Source: a virus. Taken from it: DNA of 64,000 nucleotides. The notes beneath the pieces were generated by a model. That model saw only the letters and a list, made by a program, of their open reading frames with translations, did not search any database and was not told the origin of the DNA. This document shows, piece by piece, positions 27,816 to 36,645 of the stretch; position 1 is the first letter of the stretch; each line of letters begins with the position of its first letter. The position numbers were made by a program, and so were the translations under genes. The stretch is from the IMG/VR virus record IMGVR_UViG_3300025425_000012; one strand, written 5' to 3'.

Positions 27816-28229
27816 ATGTCACTTAAACTAAAAATTAAATCTAAACATCTTAGCCTAGAAGCTAAAGTAATCCGTTTTGAAGAACGTAAATTGCTTAAAC
27901 AGCTACGCTCTAATATAGAGCATCATGTTAGTCAGGCTCATAACTCTGAGTATGACTATTTTAACGATCATAGCTATAGAAGCTACTACTCGTTAAATAA
28001 GCATAGACGTTATAATGTTAGAAATGAAAACAGAGCTACGTTTCTAGCTAGAGCATATCTAGCAGGTAAACCATATAGTTCTGTAGAGACATCGCGAAAA
28101 CACGACAAAGAATATACTTTTACTTATATCATCTTACCACGAGTTATCTCAATGGTTAAGAAATATAGACCAAAAGTAGAGTTTGATGTAGATACCTCAG
28201 CTGAGATTAAGGCTTGGGTACTTACATAA
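27816..28229 (+). CDS. hypothetical basic protein
   Basis: 137-aa ORF between tRNA clusters, RBS aaggaaaaaaacaaATG. Confidence 0.35.
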   Translation: MSLKLKIKSKHLSLEAKVIRFEERKLLKQLRSNIEHHVSQAHNSEYDYFNDHSYRSYYSLNKHRRYNVRNENRATFLARAYLAGKPYSSVETSRKHDKEYTFTYIILPRVISMVKKYRPKVEFDVDTSAEIKAWVLT

Positions 28230-28525
28230 AACTAAGGAGGGGGAGGATAAACATCGGCAGCGTGTGAAATAATCATGACGGATACTTCCCCCATAGCATT
28301 ACTAGCAGAGCGCGATTGAAATGCCTCGCTCTATAAATATCAGAAGCAGACCGCGTAGCGCCGCATGGCCAGATCGTAAAGATCAAGTAATGCACGATAG
28401 GCAGCGGCTATCAGCTTTAAATTGTAGAATATCCCCAATGGTCATTGCTGAGAGTTTGATCTAACTCGTAGATGCGACTATGCGATATCTACCTGCTAGA
28501 GGGTTTGATCTCCTTTAGTTAGATT

Positions 28526-28608
28526 GCGCGCATAACTTCGTGGAGATTGGTATCTTCAGCAGCCTTCCAAGCTGTGAGTAAGGAGTTCGATTCTCCATGC
28601 CCGCTCCA
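28526..28608 (+). tRNA. tRNA-Gly (anticodon TCC)-like with expanded D region
   Basis: 3' two-thirds (CAGCCTTCCAAGCTGT GAGTA AGGAGTTCGATTCTCCA TGCCCGC T CCA) closely parallels E. coli glyT. Acceptor GCGCGCA/TGCCCGC has one C.C mismatch. The D region is about 7 nt longer than canonical. Confidence 0.4.
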
Positions 28609-28610
28609 AT

Positions 28611-28685
28611 ATTGGTGTAGCTCAGTGGTAGAGCAGCGGATTCCAAACCCGCGTGTCGGGGGTTCGATTCCCTCCACCTTTGCCA
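28611..28685 (+). tRNA. tRNA-Trp (anticodon CCA), second copy, acceptor with two U.U mismatches
   Basis: D GCTC-AGTGGTA-GAGC, stem GCGGA/CCCGC, loop TTCCAAA, T GGGGG-TTCGATT-CCCTC, G-CCA. Acceptor ATTGGTG/CACCTTT pairs only 5 of 7. Confidence 0.4.
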
Positions 28686-29128
28686 ATAATAAACTATATA
28701 GTAGCATGGACCCGTGGGTGGGATATGTCGTTAAATGCGGAATTGGGCCTCCTAGTTAGTCGGTTGCGACTTGCTAACTTCATGTTAAATCATGCCCCAT
28801 CTACTAACCCACACTAATAATATTGGCAAAATGCACTAGTGAAGGCTATTAGAGCTTGTACTAGACCCACTAAGGGCAGTCTAAACATTGGGCCAATTTA
28901 ATAAGATAGGTATACGCTATAGTAAAGTGTAAGAAATAGGTTGTTGATTCGACGCAGCAGCCGCCACACTTCCCTTGTGGTCCTTAAGAAGGATAGACTT
29001 ACCACCTAACTAATTCAGAGATCGGGGTTCCGAGTTGATCAACGCCTAATTAGCGAACCTTGAGAGTTAGTTGCCTTTAAAAGCTCAGCTATGAAACGGA
29101 ATAACGTAGCAAAAAGCATCACCCATTC

Positions 29129-29206
29129 GCCCTTATAGCTCAGTCCGGCCAGAGCACCTCACTTGTAATGAGGAAGTCCTGGGTTCAAATCCTAGTGGGG
29201 GCACCA
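29129..29206 (+). tRNA. tRNA-Thr (anticodon TGT)
   Basis: Acceptor GCCCTTA/TGGGGGC (two G.U), stem CCTCA/TGAGG, loop CTTGTAA, T CTGGG-TTCAAAT-CCTAG, A-CCA. Confidence 0.65.
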
Positions 29207-29286
29207 TTAATATCTATACGACTCCTAATATCTAAATACAACTATATGGTTGCCGCTATATAGTAACATATCAAACAGGAAAACCA

Positions 29287-29541
29287 ATGAAAAAATCTAT
29301 GTTCGCACTCGGTCTTACAGCACTAACTCTTGTGTTTATGTCATATCCTACTGATACAGCTTACGCACTATTTGGTAGTAGCGTTCGTGATCTACCTACG
29401 CAGGAAAGTACTGGATATAAAGTTGAAGCTCGCGGCTATGATCTACGTGTGTATGAGTGCCAACTAGCTGCACAACCTGAGGTCACGTGTGTAGCAGTTT
29501 TTGCAGAGTCTGGTCCTGTCGGTTTGCAGTGTCTTAACTAA
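29287..29541 (+). CDS. small secreted protein (signal peptide)
   Basis: MKKSMFALGLTALTLVFMSYPTDTAYA signal peptide. 84 aa. Confidence 0.35.
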   Translation: MKKSMFALGLTALTLVFMSYPTDTAYALFGSSVRDLPTQESTGYKVEARGYDLRVYECQLAAQPEVTCVAVFAESGPVGLQCLN

Positions 29542-29544
29542 TAA

Positions 29545-29799
29545 ATGAACTACGTTCATAATAAGTATCACAATACAGCACCTACCAATGCTGTTTATAT
29601 TGGTAGAGGTTCACCTTATGGAAATCCTTACGTGATAGGTAAAGATGGTGATAGAGATGATGTGTGCGATCTTTTTGAGAAACATGTCCTTCCTACGTTA
29701 GACCTAACCGCTCTTAAAGGTAAAGATTTAGTTTGTTTTTGTAAGCCTGCTAGGTGTCACGGAGATTCAATAATTGCTAGGCTTAGCAAGTTATTATAA
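29545..29799 (+). CDS. DUF4326-like protein
   Basis: YIGRGSPYGNPYVIG...LKGKDLVCFCKPARCHGDSI matches the DUF4326 signature (YIGRGS.WGNPF...GKDLGCWC.P..CHGD). Confidence 0.45.
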   Translation: MNYVHNKYHNTAPTNAVYIGRGSPYGNPYVIGKDGDRDDVCDLFEKHVLPTLDLTALKGKDLVCFCKPARCHGDSIIARLSKLL

Positions 29800-29823
29800 C
29801 AATTAAAGCCCTTATTACAATAA

Positions 29824-29909
29824 GCTCTAGTGGCGGAATGGTAGACGCAGCAGTCTCAAAAATTGTCCGAAGATAGTAGGTGCAGGTTCGACTCCTGTCT
29901 AGAGCACCA
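29824..29909 (+). tRNA. tRNA-Leu (anticodon CAA)
   Basis: Perfect acceptor GCTCTAG/CTAGAGC, D GGCGGAATGGTAGACGC, stem GCAGT/ATTGT, loop CTCAAAA, long variable arm CCGAAGATAGTAGG, T GCAGG-TTCGACT-CCTGT, A-CCA. Confidence 0.65.
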
Positions 29910-29911
29910 AT

Positions 29912-30079
29912 ACTCCCGTAGCTCAGATGGTAGAGCAGCCTTTAGTAGCTTAGTTATTATGTACAGGAAAGTTAACAAGAATGTACACAAGATCTTAGTG
30001 AACACGGTGTGTCGCAGCAAACTTAGCAAATCTGTGCACAGATAGCTAAACTTAGGTTCGAGTCCTGCCGGGGGTTCCA
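29912..30079 (+). tRNA. tRNA-like gene with ~95-nt insertion (possible intron-containing/disrupted tRNA)
   Basis: 5' ACTCCCG-TA-GCTC-AGATGGTA-GAGC and 3' TTAGG-TTCGAGT-CCTGC-CGGGGGT-T-CCA pair as an acceptor (ACTCCCG/CGGGGGT). The insert contains a 14-nt palindrome ATCTGTGCACAGAT. The anticodon arm cannot be placed. Confidence 0.3.
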
Positions 30080-30136
30080 AATAGCAGTTTAGATTACTAG
30101 ATGTTTATATAGTATTCTAAACTATAAAGGATTTAC

Positions 30137-30352
30137 ATGAGTAAAAATCACGAATATGATTCAAGTAACTTTCCAATCTCTGATTATGAGTCTATAGCTT
30201 CTACTATTGGTATGGCCTTTTTCGACGAGTTTACATTAGAAGATGTTTGGATGTGTATAATGCTCTCAGATACTTCTGAGCAATTTGATGTAGCTGTAGA
30301 ATCTCAACTATGGTTAGAAGATTTAGTTAGGCGACATTATGGGGAAACGTAG
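30137..30352 (+). CDS. hypothetical acidic protein
   Basis: 71-aa ORF with RBS aaaggatttacATG. Confidence 0.3.
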   Translation: MSKNHEYDSSNFPISDYESIASTIGMAFFDEFTLEDVWMCIMLSDTSEQFDVAVESQLWLEDLVRRHYGET

Positions 30353-30887
30353 CGATTTCGAGAGGGTTGGTAAAGATTTTTATCCAACACCTCTTAAAGC
30401 GGTAGCACCTCTTATACCTTATCTTCCTGAATCTTTTACTTTTATAGAGCCTTGTGCAGGTGATTTTAGACTTGTCAACCATATAGAAACTCTAGCACCT
30501 CTCAGTGAGTGTTATGAGGCTTATGATATTGATCCACAAGCAGATGAAGTTAGAGAATATGATGCGTTACAGCTTACCTCTGAGCATGTGTACGGCGCTG
30601 ACTTCATAATCACAAACCCTCCGTGGAGTAGAGGTAAAAAAGATGATTACCTACTCCATAACCTAATTACTCATTTTACTTCTTTAGCTCCTACGTGGTT
30701 GCTATTTGATGCAGACTGGGCACATACTGTTCAAGCTACTCCTTATTTAGTGCGTTGCGAAAAAATCGTATCTATAGGTAGAGTAAAATGGATAGAAGAT
30801 AGCCCTCATAGTGGTAAAGATAACGCTGCTTGGTACTATTTTGATACTAATTGGAATGAGGGGTATACTAAATTCTATGGTAGATAG
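30339..30887 (+). CDS. DNA N6-adenine methyltransferase (Dam-like, small)
   Basis: FYPTP (AdoMet-binding region) and DFIITNPPWS (NPPW motif IV). Confidence 0.6.
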   Translation: MGKRSDFERVGKDFYPTPLKAVAPLIPYLPESFTFIEPCAGDFRLVNHIETLAPLSECYEAYDIDPQADEVREYDALQLTSEHVYGADFIITNPPWSRGKKDDYLLHNLITHFTSLAPTWLLFDADWAHTVQATPYLVRCEKIVSIGRVKWIEDSPHSGKDNAAWYYFDTNWNEGYTKFYGR

Positions 30888-31128
30888 CATAATCCCTTGT
30901 ATTCATTGCAATAAAAAACCTGTACCACTATGCTATACAAAATTCTGGATAATTGAGCATTCTTGTAGAAAACAGCATATTAACTTTGGTGCAGCATCAG
31001 AAGAAAAAGTTGTTAACCTTTATAATATTTATATGACTAAAAGTAAGAAACAAAAAAGTCAAAATAAGCTATTATTTATAGCGCTTATAATACTAATAAT
31101 GGGTGTTGTGGGGTTATTAATATACTAA
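30877..31128 (+). CDS. small membrane protein with N-terminal Cys cluster
   Basis: MVDSIIPCIHCNKK... C-terminal TM FIALIILIMGVVGLLIY. Confidence 0.3.
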   Translation: MVDSIIPCIHCNKKPVPLCYTKFWIIEHSCRKQHINFGAASEEKVVNLYNIYMTKSKKQKSQNKLLFIALIILIMGVVGLLIY

Positions 31129-31134
31129 ATAATC

Positions 31135-31172
31135 TTGCTAATCGCTAATTTTTAATATATACTTTAAATATA
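31135..31172 (+). promoter_or_regulatory. sigma70-like promoter TTGCTA-17-TATACT
   Basis: aatcttgctaatcgctaatttttaatatatactttaaatataag, upstream of the NAD-salvage operon. Confidence 0.5.
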
Positions 31173-31217
31173 AGTTGATAGAAACTTATATTAACCGCTA
31201 AAAGGAGTTTTTAGCAC

Positions 31218-32255
31218 ATGCACGACACTGTAGTATTTATTGGCAGGTTCCAGCCTTTACATTTGGGACACGAAGCTGTTATTCGCGCAGCTTTAGAAAA
31301 GGGTAAACAAGTTATTGTAGCCGTTGGCTCTAGCTTTGCTTCCCGCACGACGCGAAACCCCTTTACATTTGAAGAACGCAAGCATATGCTTGAAACCGTG
31401 TTTTGTGATGAACCACGGTTAAAAGTCGTGCCTATTGCGGACTATCCTTACGACGATAATAAATGGGTTAATGCTGTTCGCAAGCAAGTAGCTAAGCATA
31501 CTAAGCCTACAGACTCTATTGCTCTTATTGGCTATGCAAAAGATGAAACATCCTACTATTTAAACATCTTTCGTGATTGGGATTCTATTAATGTTCCGGG
31601 ACATGAAAAACTCAACGCGACAGATCTTAGAGTTGAGTTATTTAGTATTGTTCTTGAATGGGAACTTTATAATAACGAGCTGTTATGTAATGGTAAAACT
31701 CTATCCAGTAGGATGATATCAATACTAGATAAACTAGTTGTGAAACCAGAATTTGTACAACTATCTAAAGAGTATGCGCTTATCCAAACCTACAAAGAAG
31801 CTTGGTCTGTTGCACCTTATGAGCCTACTTTTCATACAGTAGATGCTCTTGTTGTTCAGTCTGGTCATGTTCTTCTTGTTAAACGTAAAGCTGCTCCTGG
31901 CATAGGGTTGTGGGCGCTTCCTGGAGGGTTTCTAAACCCTAAAGAAACTACAAAAGACGGAGCACTTCGTGAGCTTCGAGAAGAAACTAAAATTAAAGTA
32001 TCTCAGACTATCTTAGAAAGCTCAATCAAAGGCAAGCAAGTCTTTGATGAACCTAACCGCTCTACTCGCGGTCGAACAATTACTACTGCTTTTCACTTTC
32101 AACTATCTGATAAGTTTGATTTCCCTAAAGTTAAAGGTTCAGATGATGCAGAAAAAGCTAAATGGGTTCCTTTCGAGCGTATTCGTTCACAGGATATGTT
32201 TGAAGATCACTATCACATTATTGACTACTTTCTTAATATCGCAGGTGATGCATGA
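31218..32255 (+). CDS. natV: bifunctional NMN adenylyltransferase / Nudix ADP-ribose pyrophosphatase (NadM-Nudix, phage NatV type)
   Basis: N-terminal VVFIGRFQPLHLGHEAVI (HxGH nucleotidyltransferase). C-terminal Nudix box GGFLNPKETTKDGALRELREETKI. Confidence 0.8.
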   Translation: MHDTVVFIGRFQPLHLGHEAVIRAALEKGKQVIVAVGSSFASRTTRNPFTFEERKHMLETVFCDEPRLKVVPIADYPYDDNKWVNAVRKQVAKHTKPTDSIALIGYAKDETSYYLNIFRDWDSINVPGHEKLNATDLRVELFSIVLEWELYNNELLCNGKTLSSRMISILDKLVVKPEFVQLSKEYALIQTYKEAWSVAPYEPTFHTVDALVVQSGHVLLVKRKAAPGIGLWALPGGFLNPKETTKDGALRELREETKIKVSQTILESSIKGKQVFDEPNRSTRGRTITTAFHFQLSDKFDFPKVKGSDDAEKAKWVPFERIRSQDMFEDHYHIIDYFLNIAGDA

Positions 32256-32450
32256 AACGTAGAGTAATAACATATAAGTACAAGCCAGGCTGGTGGGGTA
32301 TTATGGATTATAAAACCTATGACACTACAGAAGCTAAGGTTGATGCTTTTATTAAAGTCTTTACTAAAACATTACCAAAATACTACCACGTAACAGTAAT
32401 AACTTTAGACGGATAGACCGTCGAACAGAACAGCAAAAGGAGTTTTTGCA

Positions 32451-33956
32451 ATGAAAAATATTCTATCAGTACTAACCGCTATCCTACGAGTTGATGGCTA
32501 TAAGCCTTCCCAATGGGTACAAACACCTACTAACACTACGGGAATCAGTTCTTATATTGAGTCCCGTGGCGGAGCAGCAAAAAGTGTCTTCTTCGGCCCA
32601 CAAGCCTTTATTAAAGAGTATCTACTAGTACCTATTACAGTAAGCGATGTTAAGTTTGCAAAAGCTGTATTTGCGATTTATGGCGCACCCTTCAATGAAG
32701 AAGGTTGGATGACTATTGTAAACGAGTATGGCGGCTTTCTACCTCTTGAGATTGAGGCAGTACCAGAAGGTACTTATATGGAGACACGCAACGTACAGGT
32801 ACAGGTTACTGCTACTGATGATCGTCTAGCATGGTTGACCTCGTATGTTGAAACCGCGCTTCTACGAGGTGTATGGTATCCTTCTACCGTTGCTAGTGAG
32901 TCAAGAGAATACAAAGTTATGTTGTTAAAAGGTCTGTATGCAACCTCTGATATTCCTATAGATGTTCTACGTGATGTAGTAGTAAAGTTCTCGCTGCATG
33001 ACTTTGGTGCTCGGGGCGCTTCTTCTTCAGAAACAGCTGTATTAGGTGGTATGTCACACCTTGTTAACTTCTGGGGAACAGATACTGTTGAAGGACTTAT
33101 CGGAGCGTATAGCTTCTATAATGCTGATATTACGAGTGCAGATGCTCCACCAGTCGGTAGGACTGTTCCTGCCTCTGAGCATAGTGCTATCACTTCTTGG
33201 GGCCGTGCTAATGAAGCTGCTGCTTTTGAAAATATGATTGATCAGTTTAGTGAGCCAGGTTCTATCTATGCTTGCGTTTCTGATAGTTTTGATATTTACA
33301 ACGCAACTTCAAATATCTGGGGAACTCAACTAAAAGATAAGGTAATTGCTTCTGGGGGTACCCTAGTTGTACGCCCTGACTCAGGTGATCCACTTACTAT
33401 GCCTATCAAAGTACTTGAAATGTTAGCTGAAAAGTTTGGCTATACTGTAAATAGCAAAGGGTATAAGGTACTTGCAGTACGTAAGAGCGATGGAAGCCCT
33501 ATTGTTAAAGTAATTCAGGGGGATGGTCTAGATAAGAAATCACTTCCTATTCTTATTGCCAATATCATAAGTGCTGGTTTTAGTCTTGAAAACATTGCTT
33601 TTGGTATGGGCGGTGGTCTACTTCAAAATGTTAATCGTGACACCTTGAAATATGCAATGAAAGCTTCTGCAATCCGTGTAGGAGAAGGTGACTGGGTAGG
33701 TTTCTCTAAAGACCCTGTTACTGATCCAGGTAAAAAGTCTAAAGAAGGACGCCTTGGCCTTATCTATACTTGCGGTATTGGTAGCTGTAGCTTTAAGACT
33801 GTACCTAAGCATATTGCTGACGAAAAAGGCAAAAATGTTATGCGAGTCGTATATAGAAACGGTAAGCTGCTAGTAGATGATAACTTTGAGACTGTTCGCG
33901 CGCGCGCAGAGGTTCAAGAGATTGAGTTTACTAACGAGCCTGTAGAAAGATACTAA
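32451..33956 (+). CDS. nadV: nicotinamide phosphoribosyltransferase (NAMPT, phage NadV type)
   Basis: 501 aa, full-length NAMPT family. Conserved DGYKPSQW, SVFFGPQAF, GARGASS, VRPDSGDP and IQGDGL segments. Confidence 0.85.
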   Translation: MKNILSVLTAILRVDGYKPSQWVQTPTNTTGISSYIESRGGAAKSVFFGPQAFIKEYLLVPITVSDVKFAKAVFAIYGAPFNEEGWMTIVNEYGGFLPLEIEAVPEGTYMETRNVQVQVTATDDRLAWLTSYVETALLRGVWYPSTVASESREYKVMLLKGLYATSDIPIDVLRDVVVKFSLHDFGARGASSSETAVLGGMSHLVNFWGTDTVEGLIGAYSFYNADITSADAPPVGRTVPASEHSAITSWGRANEAAAFENMIDQFSEPGSIYACVSDSFDIYNATSNIWGTQLKDKVIASGGTLVVRPDSGDPLTMPIKVLEMLAEKFGYTVNSKGYKVLAVRKSDGSPIVKVIQGDGLDKKSLPILIANIISAGFSLENIAFGMGGGLLQNVNRDTLKYAMKASAIRVGEGDWVGFSKDPVTDPGKKSKEGRLGLIYTCGIGSCSFKTVPKHIADEKGKNVMRVVYRNGKLLVDDNFETVRARAEVQEIEFTNEPVERY

Positions 33957-33961
33957 ACGCT

Positions 33962-33998
33962 ATAGAGAGGGGCTAACGCTCCTCTCTATTTCTGTTTT
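33962..33998 (+). terminator. rho-independent terminator (ATAGAGAGG...CCTCTCTAT + T-rich)
   Basis: 9-bp perfect stem directly after the nadV stop, followed by TTCTGTTTT. Confidence 0.65.
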
Positions 33999-34001
33999 AT
34001 A

Positions 34002-34040
34002 TTGCTAATATTGTCAAACAGTGTTATATTAAATTAACAT
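34002..34040 (+). promoter_or_regulatory. sigma70-like promoter TTGCTA-17-TATATT
   Basis: tattgctaatattgtcaaacagtgttatattaaattaacat. Confidence 0.5.
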
Positions 34041-34054
34041 ATAAAGGAAATATT

Positions 34055-34468
34055 ATGCAAGAACTAATCCAAGAAGCAGGCTATCGTCTTACCGTAGATT
34101 CGTGGGAGAATGATGGTGACGCAAATTGTACCGTACACAAAACTTATAAAGATAGAACAAATGCTTATTCTATTTTCACGTTCTTTAATACAATAAAAGA
34201 ACAAGACTTAATGAATTCTGTAGACCAGCTTACTTTAAAGCACTGTCATATTGCTAGAAAAGAGCTTATGCTAATACTACCACAAGAAGCTTTAGAGGAG
34301 CCTACAATGACTGACGAAGATTTAGAAAAAGATACTTGCCTAATGTCGTGTATTCAAGATCTGCTATACGAGTTTGGCCTAACCTCTGAGTACTTTTCTA
34401 TTAGGTATATTGAAAAAGTAAGCTTACATTACTTCTCAGACCCTGTATATGCAGAGGTTATTACATAA
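34055..34468 (+). CDS. hypothetical protein
   Basis: 137-aa ORF with RBS aaaggaaatattATG. Confidence 0.35.
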   Translation: MQELIQEAGYRLTVDSWENDGDANCTVHKTYKDRTNAYSIFTFFNTIKEQDLMNSVDQLTLKHCHIARKELMLILPQEALEEPTMTDEDLEKDTCLMSCIQDLLYEFGLTSEYFSIRYIEKVSLHYFSDPVYAEVIT

Positions 34469-34480
34469 GAAAGATGTATT

Positions 34481-35152
34481 ATGCACTATATTGGAGACGT
34501 TCACGGTAATTTCAGTGCTTACAAACACCTACTTAGTACCCTACCTGAGAGTGTTCAGATAGGGGATATGGGTGTCGGCTTTGGTCGCTGGGATGAAGAT
34601 CCTTTAGAACAAGCACGTGTTGATATGCTTGAGGTAGCTCAAGGAGCTAATCATAAGTTTATTCGTGGTAATCACGATAATCCAGCTGTTTGCAAGTCTA
34701 TGAACTCGTATATTGCTGACGGTACTGTAGTAGGTAATACTATGCATATCGGCGGGGCACTTTCTATTGATGCTAACATGCGTACTGCTGCTTGGGATTA
34801 TTGGGAAGATGAAGAGCTTTCTTATGATGAACTTTTTAACCTAATTGATGTATATGAGAAGGTAAAACCTGAAATTATGGTTACTCATGAATGCCCAGAA
34901 AGTGTGGTTGGGCACCTTTTTAATTGGTATGCTAAAGAGCAATGGCCTTCTAGAACTAGGCAGGCTTTTGATTCTATGTTTGCTATTCATAAGCCTAAGA
35001 TTTGGGTTTTTGGTCACTGGCATTATAGCGTATTTAGCACACAATTAGGTACTACGTTTATTTGTCTGAACGAGCTGAGCACAATCGAAATCACAGATAC
35101 TTATATCAGTGATATTAAACCTTTTAACCAAGGATGGTTACTAAAACCATGA
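34481..35152 (+). CDS. metallophosphoesterase (calcineurin-like; ApaH / PP-lambda-like)
   Basis: GDVHGN (motif I), GDMGVGFGRW (II), RGNHDNP (III) and ...HWHY metal ligands. Confidence 0.6.
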   Translation: MHYIGDVHGNFSAYKHLLSTLPESVQIGDMGVGFGRWDEDPLEQARVDMLEVAQGANHKFIRGNHDNPAVCKSMNSYIADGTVVGNTMHIGGALSIDANMRTAAWDYWEDEELSYDELFNLIDVYEKVKPEIMVTHECPESVVGHLFNWYAKEQWPSRTRQAFDSMFAIHKPKIWVFGHWHYSVFSTQLGTTFICLNELSTIEITDTYISDIKPFNQGWLLKP

Positions 35153-35586
35153 AGATACGTTACGTAAATTCAGATCTAACTACCGCCCGTGAGCGTTTTA
35201 TCGCTCACGGGTGTAATGCTCAAGGAGTTATGGGTTCAGGAGTAGCTAAAGCTATTAGAGCAAAGTGGCCTAGAGCATATAAAGAGTACAATGAACGATA
35301 CAAGATTGCAGGCTTAGGTACAGGTGAAGTTATACCTGTGTTTTATGATGATAAGACTATCCTTAACTGTATCACCCAAGAACGGTATGGCCGAAGCGGT
35401 GAACAATATGTAAGCTACGAAGCTGTTCGATTATGTATGAAGCTTATTAATAATAACTTCTCTATTGATAGCCGTGTTGCTATGTCTAAGATCGGATCGT
35501 CTTTAGGCGGTGGAGATTGGTCAATTATCTCTGAGATTATCGAGGCAGAATCTACAAATTTTATACCCATTGTCTACGAAATATAG
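35134..35586 (+). CDS. macro-domain protein (ADP-ribose binding/processing)
   Basis: IAHGCNAQGVMGSGVAKAIRAKWP fits the macro-domain diphosphate-binding loop (H..N..G.MG.GIA). Confidence 0.45.
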   Translation: MVTKTMKIRYVNSDLTTARERFIAHGCNAQGVMGSGVAKAIRAKWPRAYKEYNERYKIAGLGTGEVIPVFYDDKTILNCITQERYGRSGEQYVSYEAVRLCMKLINNNFSIDSRVAMSKIGSSLGGGDWSIISEIIEAESTNFIPIVYEI

Positions 35587-35597
35587 AATGCTTTATC

Positions 35598-35635
35598 TTG
35601 CTTGATGCTGTTTCTTATGCTATATTTAATTGTAA
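35598..35635 (+). promoter_or_regulatory. sigma70-like promoter TTGCTT-17-TATATT
   Basis: atcttgcttgatgctgtttcttatgctatatttaattgtaatatagg. Confidence 0.4.
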
Positions 35636-35913
35636 TATAGGAGATAGTCTATGAAGATTATTGAGTACGGCGAAAAAATGCAATACCGTTGCTCAGGTAA
35701 TGGTAATGGTGGAAACGGTTGTAAGGCTCTTCTTGAGGTTGAGCGTTCTGACATGCGTTATCTTGATGGGATCAGTGGTGATTCTTGGGGGTAGTCGTGA
35801 TGCTTCGGTTTCCTTCAAATGTCCTTGTTGTAAACAGCTAACAGATATACCTATATCAAAATGGCCTCAAGGGGCATCTTCATCACTTACGCGCTCAACA
35901 TCACACTGGAGAA

Positions 35914-36195
35914 ATGACTTGCCAGACCCTGATGAGCGACGATAATTATAAACAAATAAGAAAGAAGATAATGAAAGGTTGGAGAACAATCAATCACAAT
36001 AACAAGCTATTTTGGTGGAGAGTATCTACTGATTTCGTACTAGTACGAAAACACAATGGGCCTGTGATTGTAAGAAAGACTCTGTATGATGTTACTGGTA
36101 TGAGTCCTGATGATAGAGAGAGAGCAGCATGGAAGGGATCTCCCTTACCCGCTATTACACCTTCTATGATTATTGGGTACATTGATGAAGCATAA
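35914..36195 (+). CDS. hypothetical protein
   Basis: 93-aa ORF. Confidence 0.3.
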   Translation: MTCQTLMSDDNYKQIRKKIMKGWRTINHNNKLFWWRVSTDFVLVRKHNGPVIVRKTLYDVTGMSPDDRERAAWKGSPLPAITPSMIIGYIDEA

Positions 36196-36577
36196 CATTC
36201 CGAGTTTTCTCAGTAAACCAGTTCTTGTTGGTAGTAGGACTGTGCCTTGTGCTATTAGTAGAGACTCTGATTATGACTATCTTTGTCTTAAGCCTTGGTA
36301 TATTTTTAATGTTAGTAACCGTTTACAAGCATTAGGTTATGAAAACGAATCTAAGTTTGCTGTACAAGACACTTGGTCTTATCCTACGAATCAGTTTACT
36401 TCGTATCGTTATAATTCTGAGCATAATGTTGATGTAAACTTAATTGTAGCTCACAGTCATAGCTTTTATACTAATTTTTTAAAAGCAGCTAGAGTATGCA
36501 CTGCCTTGAATATTAAAAGTAGAGATACTAGAGTTAAAGTACACCAACTTATTATATATAACAACAATACTTTTTAG
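36173..36577 (+). CDS. hypothetical protein
   Basis: 134-aa ORF. Confidence 0.3.
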   Translation: MGTLMKHNIPSFLSKPVLVGSRTVPCAISRDSDYDYLCLKPWYIFNVSNRLQALGYENESKFAVQDTWSYPTNQFTSYRYNSEHNVDVNLIVAHSHSFYTNFLKAARVCTALNIKSRDTRVKVHQLIIYNNNTF

Positions 36578-36607
36578 ACCTTACACCTAAAAAATTACAT
36601 TTTTAAT

Positions 36608-36645
36608 TTGCTAAACCGCTAAAATATGAGGTATATTATTATTAT
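36608..36645 (+). promoter_or_regulatory. sigma70-like promoter TTGCTA-18-TATATT
   Basis: ttaatttgctaaaccgctaaaatatgaggtatattattattat, immediately 5' of the ORF at 36646 (leaderless or short leader). Confidence 0.4.

Noticed and set aside
28451-28461. AGAGTTTGATC, identical to the start of the universal 16S rRNA 27F primer site
   Set aside because: Only 11 nt match and the following bases diverge from 16S. No rRNA-like context, so this is coincidence.
28519-28759. ORFs 28519-28707(-) and 28547-28759(+) from the six-frame track
   Set aside because: They are translations of the tRNA-Gly/tRNA-Trp pair. The peptide 'GIEPPTRGFGIRCSTTELHQY' is the classic reverse-translation of a T-arm/acceptor.
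29856-30080. ORFs 29856-30080(-) and 29863-30045(+)
   Set aside because: They lie entirely within the interrupted tRNA-like gene and its insert. No RBS, and the composition is typical of structured RNA.
35661-35945. 94-aa ORF 35661-35945
   Set aside because: Hydrophobic, Cys-rich out-of-frame product. A 47-aa ORF (35651-35794, MKIIEYGEKMQYRCSGNG...) with a better start context occupies the same locus. Neither is convincing.
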